Part shown: one piece after another, positions 36,705 to 44,597 of the stretch | Numbering within the stretch: the stretch's first letter is position 1 | How the letters are laid out: each line of letters starts with the position of its first letter | Assembly: GCA_002309295.1 (NCBI GenBank) | Contig: DBXF01000013.1 | Span: forward strand, 11,143-75,142 | DNA from: Bacteroidales bacterium UBA1219 | GTDB taxonomy: Bacteria; Bacteroidota; Bacteroidia; Bacteroidales; P3 | Direction: 5' to 3' | Length of the DNA stretch: 64,000 bases | The notes under the pieces: generated by a model | What the model was told of the DNA's origin: nothing | The model's input: only the letters and a program-made list of their open reading frames with translations | Databases searched by the model: none | Program-made: the position numbers and the translations under genes

Positions 36705-37742
36705 ATGATACTAAATGCGCTAAAAAACCAAAACAAGAGTATAAATCCGACGATACGGGGATGTTATACCTTATTATTCATTCTTACTTTTTTCTCTTTT
36801 TATTGTCACGGTCAGAATGAAGACATTACATTAAAATTCAAAATTAAAAAGAAAGATGTTGGAAAAATCGAATTTCGTGCACCTGAAGTGAAAGATCGAG
36901 CGAAGAAAGATATGACGAGTGTTGTGGATAGTATGTGGTATGTTGGCGACACGTTATATGTCATATATTTGCAAAAAGCACTTGTTGAAGAAGTTTATGA
37001 ACATCATGATGGAGATTTAAATTATTTTGGCTTAGGGTCAGTACTATTTGTACCACAGGAAAAACAACATATTCAACATCTGTCAGTCCCAAAAAGGCCG
37101 GAACACATCTGTTTGTACAACGGCAACCATATTTTTAATTTTAAAAGAACTTCTTCTCAAGAATATCAATTAACTGAATATCATCAGATTCAAAGGAAAT
37201 CGGGGAGACCTAAAAAGCATTTGCAATTGTTAAGCACACATGGCAATTCTTTTGTAAAATATCATTTTTATGGCGATAGCACTTTTACACTAGAGTGGGG
37301 AAAAGAAAATGTAAACAATACTTCCAAAGAAAAGTTTGAAATATTAGGAAGCGGTGTACCGCCTTTGGTTGACTATGATGAAAAGACAATTATTTTAGGA
37401 CAAAGTTGCGGAACTTCCTGTAAATATTATGTTATCTTGCCATTAGTGCCAAATAGCGTGGAAAAGATCTACATGTTTGCCGAAGCATTTAATTTAGAAA
37501 AAAAGATGGTTGCTTATATACCTGAAGAAGAAGACCTTTTTATTAGAGTAGAAAATTATGTCACAGGTCAATATTTGGATATTAAAGAGGAAAATATATG
37601 TCCAGCAGCTTTTAAAGGCGAATGCATTGATAGCGTTTATTTTTCTGATGATACTATTGTGATAAAGTGGCAGGGAACAGAGTGGATGAATGACAGGCCT
37701 GACCCTAAAGAGAAAAAAATTAAAATACAGTTGGATAATTAG
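36705..37742 (+). CDS. Hypothetical secreted/membrane-anchored protein (345 aa), AT-rich orphan
   Basis: Has an N-terminal hydrophobic segment (CYTLLFILTFFSFYCHGQ) and no recognisable domain. Strongly AT-rich codon usage compared with cstA and leuS. Confidence 0.6.
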   Translation: MILNALKNQNKSINPTIRGCYTLLFILTFFSFYCHGQNEDITLKFKIKKKDVGKIEFRAPEVKDRAKKDMTSVVDSMWYVGDTLYVIYLQKALVEEVYEHHDGDLNYFGLGSVLFVPQEKQHIQHLSVPKRPEHICLYNGNHIFNFKRTSSQEYQLTEYHQIQRKSGRPKKHLQLLSTHGNSFVKYHFYGDSTFTLEWGKENVNNTSKEKFEILGSGVPPLVDYDEKTIILGQSCGTSCKYYVILPLVPNSVEKIYMFAEAFNLEKKMVAYIPEEEDLFIRVENYVTGQYLDIKEENICPAAFKGECIDSVYFSDDTIVIKWQGTEWMNDRPDPKEKKIKIQLDN

Positions 37743-37838
37743 GATTCCCATAACTCTAATTTGCAATCTCCACCCACTCGGACAACGCCACAAAAGCACG
37801 TCCAAAAAAATATATTTTCGAAATCCGATTTTTTTTCG

Positions 37839-37846
37839 TATCTTTG
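37839..37846 (+). promoter_or_regulatory. -7 promoter box TATCTTTG for the 37940 gene
   Basis: TCGTATCTTTGCAG context, 94 nt upstream of the ATG. Confidence 0.45.
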
Positions 37847-37939
37847 CAGGTCGTTTCGTCGTATAAAATCGTGCGAAACATTACGTCAAAACAATAATAA
37901 AAGGGAAAAATAGTTACATACTAAATAAATTCCATCGAT

Positions 37940-38809
37940 ATGAAAAAAGCATTTCTCACAACGATACTGCTGTCCACCCTGCTGACAGCCACCGCTTTCG
38001 CCGGATGGCGTGGCGGCACCATGTGCGAGATAATTGGCGTGGGCAACGTAGAATTTGGCAAACAGTTCCGCAACTCGCTCACACGCATGAACTTGCACGG
38101 CGACATCGTTTACATAATGGAACGCACCTACTATATGGAAGGCGATGCCAAAAAACTCTACAGCACCGACTCCATCAATTTCGACCGCCGAGGCAACCTC
38201 GACGACCGCGTGTATATCCGCAACAACGTATATACTTGGTATTCATATTATTTCGACGGCAACAGCTACGCCCTCGGCTGGAACGAATACGACCGCGCCG
38301 ACAAACTGCAGGCTCGTACCGCCTACCTCAACGACCGCAAAGGCAACCGCACCGAACGCACCATTTTCTTTGCCGGAAAGATGAGCAAACGCGAGACCTA
38401 CAAATACGAAGGCACCAACCTCGTGGAAGAACTGCATTACAGCGAAAACGGCAGCGTGTCCGAAAAACGACTCTACAAATACGACGGCAGCGGCAACTGC
38501 TCGCAAATTGAATTCTACGACGCCGCAGGCGACCTCAAACAGACTTACTACTACAAATACGACGGCAACGGCAACCGCATCGAATGGCGTTTCTACGACG
38601 ACGACGAAAACCTTATAAAACTCACCACCTACTACTACGACGAACACAACAATGTAACCGAAATCCACTCGTTCAACTACGACGAGCATGTGAACTGGAA
38701 ACACACCTACGTCTACGAATACGACGAGGACGGCAACTGGCTGCGCCAAACTATTTTCCGCAATGGCGAGAAATACCAGATCATCGAACGCGAAATAGCT
38801 TTCAGATAA
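37940..38809 (+). CDS. Secreted protein built of YD-repeat-like units
   Basis: Signal peptide plus repeated Y.YD..GN...(E/W) units (YKYDGSGNCSQIEF, YKYDGNGNRIEW, YEYDEDGNWLRQ). Confidence 0.6.
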   Translation: MKKAFLTTILLSTLLTATAFAGWRGGTMCEIIGVGNVEFGKQFRNSLTRMNLHGDIVYIMERTYYMEGDAKKLYSTDSINFDRRGNLDDRVYIRNNVYTWYSYYFDGNSYALGWNEYDRADKLQARTAYLNDRKGNRTERTIFFAGKMSKRETYKYEGTNLVEELHYSENGSVSEKRLYKYDGSGNCSQIEFYDAAGDLKQTYYYKYDGNGNRIEWRFYDDDENLIKLTTYYYDEHNNVTEIHSFNYDEHVNWKHTYVYEYDEDGNWLRQTIFRNGEKYQIIEREIAFR

Positions 38810-38828
38810 AAACGAACGAACTATAACA

Positions 38829-38870
38829 GCAAGTGAGGATTTGGCAAAGAAATCCTCGCTTGTGTTTTTT
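38829..38870 (+). terminator. Intrinsic terminator after the YD-repeat-like gene
   Basis: 13-bp stem (CAAGTGAGGATTT / AAATCCTCGCTTG, with one G-U pair) followed by a T6 run. Confidence 0.7.
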
Positions 38871-38886
38871 AATGACATAAAACACA

Positions 38887-41800
38887 ATGGATTACAATTT
38901 CAAAGAGATCGAACGCAAATGGCAGAGCTACTGGAGAGAAAATAACACCTACCGCTGCGAAAACTCCTCCGACAAACCCAAATACTACGTCCTCGACATG
39001 TTCCCCTACCCTTCGGGAGCCGGGCTGCATGTGGGACACCCGCTGGGATACATAGCCAGCGACATCTTTGCCCGCTACAAACGTCTGAAAGGGTTCAACG
39101 TGCTGCACCCCATGGGCTACGACGCCTACGGCCTTCCCGCCGAGCAGTACGCCATCCAGACCGGCCAGCACCCTGCCATCACCACCGAACAGAACATAGC
39201 ACGCTACCGCGAACAGCTCGACAAAATAGGCTTCTCCTTCGACTGGAGCCGCGAGGTGCGCACCTGCGACCCCGATTACTACAAATGGACTCAGTGGACT
39301 TTCATCCAGCTGTTCAACCATTATTATTGCAACAAAGCCAACAAAGCCCTGCCTATCAGCGAATTGGAGAAACACCTGTCGCAACACGGCACCCAGGGCC
39401 TCGACGCCGCCTGCAGCGAACCCCTCGACATCACTGCCGAGCAGTGGAACGCTTTCACTGAAAAGGAGCGTCAGCAGACTTTGATGAACTACCGTCTTGC
39501 CTATCTGGCCGACATTCCCGTTAACTGGTGTCCGAAACTCGGCACCGTGCTGGCCAACGACGAGGTGGTGGGCGGACTCTCCGTCCGCGGCGGCTATCCC
39601 GTGGAACGCAAACTGATGCGCCAGTGGTCGTTGCGTATCACCGCCTACTCGCAGCGTCTGCTCGACGGCCTCGAGCTCGTCGACTGGACCGACAGCCTCA
39701 AGGAAATACAACGCAACTGGATAGGCCGCAGCGAAGGCGCTTCGGTGTTTTTCAACGTAGAAAACAGCAACAAAAGCTTCGAGATTTTCACCACCCGTCC
39801 CGACACCATTTTCGGCGTAACGTTTATGGTTTTATGTCCTGAACACGAGATGATTATGGACATCACCACCAACGAGCAGCGCAAAGAGGTGGAGGAATAC
39901 CTCAACTGGGCCAAGAACCGCAGCGAACGCGAACGGCAGGCTGAGGTGAAGAAAGTGTCGGGCGTGTTCACCGGCGCCTACGCCGTCAACCCGCTCACCA
40001 ACGAACATATCCCCATCTGGGTGTCCGACTATGTGCTGGCAGGCTACGGCACGGGAGCCATCATGGCAGTGCCCGCCCACGACAGCCGCGACTTCGCCTT
40101 CGCGCGTCATTTCAACCTGCCCATCCGTCAGGTGGTGAGCCTCGAAAAGGACGTTACCAGCGACCCCGCCACATGGACGGAGAGCATGGACGCCAAGACA
40201 GGCTATTCGGTGAACAGCGGTTTCGTTACCGGAATGAAAGTGAAGGACGCCATGAAAGCCGTCATCGACTGGCTCGACGAAAAAGGCATAGGCACACGCA
40301 CGGTGAACTACCGCTTGCGCGACGCCATCTTCAGCCGCCAGCGTTACTGGGGCGAGCCCTTCCCCGTTTATTACAAAGACGGCATGCCCTACCCCCTGCC
40401 CACCGACAAACTGCCGTTGCAGCTGCCGAAAATCGACAAATTCCTGCCCACCGAAACCGGCGAACCGCCCCTCGGACACGCCACCACATGGGCTTGGGAC
40501 ACCGACAAACAGCAGGTGGTGGACAACACCCTTATCGACAACAAGACCGTTTTCCCGCTCGAACTCAGCACCATGCCCGGTTTTGCAGGCTCCAGCGGAT
40601 ACTACCTCCGCTATATGGACCCGCGCAACAACAACGAATATTTCAGCCAACAAGCCGTTAACTACTGGCAGAATGTGGACCTCTACGTGGGCGGAGCCGA
40701 ACACGCCAGCGGACACCTCATCTACAGCCGTTTCTGGAACAAATTCCTGTTCGACATGGGCATGAGCGTAAAGGAAGAGCCTTTCCAAAAACTCATCAAC
40801 CAAGGAATGATACAGGGACGCTCCAACTTTGTGTACCGCGCCAATTTCGAGAAAATGGCCGAGTATTATATTTGGCAACTGATAAAAGACGGTCGTCTGG
40901 GTGCCGATTTCAAACGCGACTACAAGGACGGCAAACGTCGTTTCGACTTCTACAGCGACCACAAGAAAATCATCATCGAGATAAAACGCAAAGAGTCGCT
41001 CGAAAAACTGGCCGAAGTGTATCAGGAATACGCCCTCGTACAAGGATTCAAGATACTGCTCATCTCCGTAAGCGACGTGATGAACGGCACCGACAACATC
41101 GAAAAACGTATCAAAGCCTGCATCGACGGCGAATTCACACCCGCACTGGAGCAGGAGGAAGACACTTTCGTCTCCTACCCCCTCTTCATCTCGAAAAACA
41201 TCCCCGGACGTGAGGAGTTTACGATGCCTATCCACGTGGATATCAACATAGTAAACAACGACATACTCGACATAGAGAAGTTCAGGGCCTGGCGTCCCGA
41301 ATTTGCCGACGCCCAGTTCCAGCTCGAGGACGGCAAGTACGTGTGCGGTTGGGAGATAGAAAAGATGTCGAAATCGATGTTCAACGTGCAGAACCCCGAC
41401 GACCTTGTGGAACGCTACGGCGCCGACACCCTGCGTCTGTACGAGATGTTCCTCGGCCCCATAGAGCAGGCCAAACCGTGGGACACCAACGGCATTGAAG
41501 GCGTGTTCCGCTTTATGCGCAAGCTGTGGAAACTGTTCCACACCGAGAAAAACGACTTCTGCGTAAGCGACGAAGCCCCCACCAAAGAGGAGCTGAAAGT
41601 GCTGCACCAGACCATCAAGAAAGTTACCGACGACATCGAGCGTTTTTCGTTCAACACCTCGGTAAGCACCTTTATGATTTGCGCCAACGAACTCTCCACC
41701 CTCAAATGCAACAAACGTCAGATTCTGGAGCCGCTCACCGTGCTGATAGCCCCCTTCGCTCCGCACATCGCCGAAGAGCTGTGGCACCTGCTGGGCAACA

Positions 41801-42045
41801 CCACCAGCGTAACCACCGCCGCTTTCCCGCTCTGCGACGAGAGCTATCTGGTGGAGGACACCTGCAAATACCCTGTGTCGTTCAACGGCAAGATGCGTTT
41901 CACCCTCGACCTGCCGCTTACCACCACGGCCGCCGATGTGGAGAAAATCATAGCCGAGAACGCCGACGTGCAGAAATGGCTCGCCGGAAAAGCCCCCAAG
42001 AAAATCATCTTCGTGCCGAAGAAAATCATCAACGTGGTATTCTAA
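38887..42045 (+). CDS. leuS: Leucine--tRNA ligase with an extra ~107-aa insert before KMSKS
   Basis: HIGH-type motif ([10 protein letters not shown]), CP1 editing region, KMSKS and a conserved C-terminus. It is 1052 aa, against roughly 920-950 aa that I recall for Bacteroidota LeuRS. Confidence 0.95.
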   Translation: MDYNFKEIERKWQSYWRENNTYRCENSSDKPKYYVLDMFPYPSGAGLHVGHPLGYIASDIFARYKRLKGFNVLHPMGYDAYGLPAEQYAIQTGQHPAITTEQNIARYREQLDKIGFSFDWSREVRTCDPDYYKWTQWTFIQLFNHYYCNKANKALPISELEKHLSQHGTQGLDAACSEPLDITAEQWNAFTEKERQQTLMNYRLAYLADIPVNWCPKLGTVLANDEVVGGLSVRGGYPVERKLMRQWSLRITAYSQRLLDGLELVDWTDSLKEIQRNWIGRSEGASVFFNVENSNKSFEIFTTRPDTIFGVTFMVLCPEHEMIMDITTNEQRKEVEEYLNWAKNRSERERQAEVKKVSGVFTGAYAVNPLTNEHIPIWVSDYVLAGYGTGAIMAVPAHDSRDFAFARHFNLPIRQVVSLEKDVTSDPATWTESMDAKTGYSVNSGFVTGMKVKDAMKAVIDWLDEKGIGTRTVNYRLRDAIFSRQRYWGEPFPVYYKDGMPYPLPTDKLPLQLPKIDKFLPTETGEPPLGHATTWAWDTDKQQVVDNTLIDNKTVFPLELSTMPGFAGSSGYYLRYMDPRNNNEYFSQQAVNYWQNVDLYVGGAEHASGHLIYSRFWNKFLFDMGMSVKEEPFQKLINQGMIQGRSNFVYRANFEKMAEYYIWQLIKDGRLGADFKRDYKDGKRRFDFYSDHKKIIIEIKRKESLEKLAEVYQEYALVQGFKILLISVSDVMNGTDNIEKRIKACIDGEFTPALEQEEDTFVSYPLFISKNIPGREEFTMPIHVDINIVNNDILDIEKFRAWRPEFADAQFQLEDGKYVCGWEIEKMSKSMFNVQNPDDLVERYGADTLRLYEMFLGPIEQAKPWDTNGIEGVFRFMRKLWKLFHTEKNDFCVSDEAPTKEELKVLHQTIKKVTDDIERFSFNTSVSTFMICANELSTLKCNKRQILEPLTVLIAPFAPHIAEELWHLLGNTTSVTTAAFPLCDESYLVEDTCKYPVSFNGKMRFTLDLPLTTTAADVEKIIAENADVQKWLAGKAPKKIIFVPKKIINVVF

Positions 42046-42067
42046 AGCACGTCACTCCAAAATAAAA

Positions 42068-42094
42068 GGCGACTCCGTTGAGTCGCCTTTTTTG
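42068..42094 (+). terminator. Intrinsic terminator of leuS
   Basis: GGCGACTC-cgtt-GAGTCGCC followed by TTTTTTG. Confidence 0.8.
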
Positions 42095-42119
42095 TTTTCA
42101 TCCAAAAGCCGAAACCTGA

Positions 42120-43367
42120 TTATTGTTTCTCCGCAACAGCTTTTGCCAACGAGAAAGCCTCGTGGATATTGTCCTCCAACGAGCAGTATGTCCACGAGCC
42201 GTAACGGCCTATGGAATATACATCCGACTGCTTGAGCAACTCTTTTTTCCTTGCCTTGTCCTCTTCCGAACGTTGAGTGATATGCACGTAAGCGGGGTCC
42301 ATCATTATTGGATGCGAGGCAACCAGTTTCTGGTCCGTTATTATGCCCACTTTACGCAAGTCGGAAAGCGTGCGTTCGAGCAATTGGTCGATGTCGATGT
42401 CGCGGGCTTCGTGGTCGAAACCGATCTCCACATAAAGCGAGGTCTTGTCCTGCCCGATGATATTGTCATAAAAGCCGACTCTGTAGAAAACGAGCTCCCT
42501 GTCGGGGAAATAAATCCAGTTATTCTGTTTTTCCGGTCCTTTCTTGTCGAAACCGAGGTTGAAAACCAGCACTTTGTTCCACGAATAAACCTCCTTGTCG
42601 TACTCCACACCGCATTTGTCCATCAGAACGGGGAACGGCATTGTCGAAATAAGGTTGTCGTATTCGATAGTACGTTTGTCGGTAACGGCCTTTTTGTTTT
42701 TCATATCCACCGACAAAAGTTTCTCGCCAAGAAGGATTTTGGATTTGTCGACGTGTGACGCCACGGACTCCACTATTTTGATAACGCCTTTTCGCGGATA
42801 TAGGAAAAACGAGTTGTACGACTGGTTTGTCGAATTTTTGAAGTTCCTCACAATCTGTTCCTTGTCGGCGTAGGGGAAGAAACGCCCCATGGCATCGACA
42901 TCCAGTTTGTCCAGATCGGTGGCGTAGAGTTTTTCATTGTACGGAATAAGGAATTTCTCGGCAATGGATTTGCCGAATTTCGCAAAGAGCATCTTCTTGA
43001 AAGATGTAACCTCGGTGCTGTCGTCGATGGTGAAAAGGTCGTACAGGCAGTCGATGAACTCGTCCTTGTTCAGCTGGTGGATGTTCATCTGGAAAGGATA
43101 ATCCACATAAATGCCTTTGTAGTATATCTGTGTGTACTTGCGGACTTTCAAAATATCCTTTTCGTCCAACCTGCTCATCACATAATCCTTGATTTCAGGT
43201 CGTTGGAAATGAAAAAAATGCCCCGAATAATCCCATACATAGTCGCCGGAATAGATGGTTTTGCAGTAACCTCCTATCTCATTGTCCTTTTCAACAATAA
43301 GATAATCGTTGGGGGTTTTGGCCGCATAGCTCAAACCGGAAATTCCCGCTCCAATAATCAAATCCAT
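42120..43367 (-). CDS. FAD/NAD(P)-binding oxidoreductase (amine-oxidase/UDP-galactopyranose-mutase-like fold)
   Basis: N-terminal LIIGAGISGLSYA...VEKDNEIGGY dinucleotide fold. 415 aa and paired with a GT2 gene. Confidence 0.6.
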   Translation of the reverse strand: MDLIIGAGISGLSYAAKTPNDYLIVEKDNEIGGYCKTIYSGDYVWDYSGHFFHFQRPEIKDYVMSRLDEKDILKVRKYTQIYYKGIYVDYPFQMNIHQLNKDEFIDCLYDLFTIDDSTEVTSFKKMLFAKFGKSIAEKFLIPYNEKLYATDLDKLDVDAMGRFFPYADKEQIVRNFKNSTNQSYNSFFLYPRKGVIKIVESVASHVDKSKILLGEKLLSVDMKNKKAVTDKRTIEYDNLISTMPFPVLMDKCGVEYDKEVYSWNKVLVFNLGFDKKGPEKQNNWIYFPDRELVFYRVGFYDNIIGQDKTSLYVEIGFDHEARDIDIDQLLERTLSDLRKVGIITDQKLVASHPIMMDPAYVHITQRSEEDKARKKELLKQSDVYSIGRYGSWTYCSLEDNIHEAFSLAKAVAEKQ

Positions 43368-43391
43368 AGTCTTATATATTTACATTACAAA

Positions 43392-44405
43392 TCAAACCAC
43401 TACGTTTTTTTTGCGCGCATACGCCGCAATAACTTTTTTTGCAGTACACGGCGTGTGTCGCAACATCCAAATCAAAACCCGCAAGGATGTTTTTTTCTTG
43501 TAGAAGGGGTTTTTGTTATAATCCGGAACCTGATTCAGCAACTCGTCGTAAATCTCGCGGAGTGTGGCCGTTTTCGGTTCCAGCGAGTTGGACACATAGT
43601 TGAAAACCGATGCCATATACCCTTTTTTCAGATAGATGAAATCCACTTCGTCCTTGAATTCTTCGTAAAGACGGTTTTCTTTGATGTATTGCATCAGTTT
43701 GCGGAAAGTGGAAAGACGTTTCTGGTACTTCGTGCTGTCCTTTGTCGTGGTCACCGAGCCGGGTCTTATCAGATACCTGTAGAAAGGCTTGTCCACATAA
43801 GCTATGGACGCCGCTTTCATCCAAGCGCAGGTTACGAAATAGCTGTCGTCGGCGGAGCGGTCCTCGGCAAAAAGAATGTTGTTGTTCAAAAGGAACTCCC
43901 TTTTGTAGATGAACGAAGCGAACAACGACACATAATGCGTAAGCAGGAACGAGCGTCTTTCGTGGTTTATGACTCCGTTGTCCACGTGTGGGTTTTCCAG
44001 AATCTCACCTATGCTTCCGTCGGGATATTCTTTTTGCATCTGGCAGCAGCACAAGTCGCAGTCGCCGTTTTGCTTGGCGGCGTTATATAGCTCTTCGAAC
44101 ATTTCGGGCAGCACCCAATCGTCGCTGTCGACAAAAGCCACATATTCGCCGTTGGCCTGCGGAATAGCGAAATTGCGTGCCATGCCTGCACCAAGGTTGT
44201 GCTCTGGTTTCAGGAACCGAAACTGTCCTTCGCGCGGATGTCCGGCTATGGCGCGTTTGGCAATGTCGATGCTGTCGTCGGGACCGTGGTCGTCGACAAA
44301 GATAAACTCCATTTCGTCCAAAGTCTGTGCCAGCAGCGACTTGGTGCATTTTTCGATATATTCTGCCACACCATAAACAGGCAGTATCACAGAAACTTTT
44401 ACCAT
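43392..44405 (-). CDS. Family 2 glycosyltransferase
   Basis: VSVILPVYGVAEYIEKC...FVDDHGPDDS...DSDD signature. Confidence 0.85.
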   Translation of the reverse strand: MVKVSVILPVYGVAEYIEKCTKSLLAQTLDEMEFIFVDDHGPDDSIDIAKRAIAGHPREGQFRFLKPEHNLGAGMARNFAIPQANGEYVAFVDSDDWVLPEMFEELYNAAKQNGDCDLCCCQMQKEYPDGSIGEILENPHVDNGVINHERRSFLLTHYVSLFASFIYKREFLLNNNILFAEDRSADDSYFVTCAWMKAASIAYVDKPFYRYLIRPGSVTTTKDSTKYQKRLSTFRKLMQYIKENRLYEEFKDEVDFIYLKKGYMASVFNYVSNSLEPKTATLREIYDELLNQVPDYNKNPFYKKKTSLRVLIWMLRHTPCTAKKVIAAYARKKNVVV

Positions 44406-44473
44406 TTTCAGATGTTTTATTCTATAACAATCGCTTTTCCTTTTAACTACGCAAAAAACATTTTTCGATTTTG

Positions 44474-44481
44474 CAAAAATA
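44474..44481 (-). promoter_or_regulatory. -7 promoter box (TATTTTTG on minus strand) for the GT2-oxidoreductase pair
   Basis: Plus strand reads CAAAAATA, 69 nt upstream of the ATG at 44405. Confidence 0.45.
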
Positions 44482-44536
44482 AGGAATTATTCTGAATAAT
44501 ACGTGATTTTGCAAAAAATATTATACAAAAGAGCGA

Positions 44537-44572
44537 TAAAAAAAGACGGAGCCGCTTGTTTGCGGGCTCCGC
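44537..44572 (-). terminator. Intrinsic terminator of the T9SS transglutaminase-like gene
   Basis: On the minus strand: GGAGCCCGC-aaacaa-GCGGCTCC (one bulge) followed by TCTTTTTTT. Lies 26 nt after the stop. Confidence 0.65.
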
Positions 44573-44597
44573 CCAAATGCTATGATAAAAATAGATG

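Noticed and set aside
39832-41787. 651-aa ORF antisense to leuS
   Set aside because: Same shadow-ORF signature as the others. leuS on the plus strand is unambiguous.
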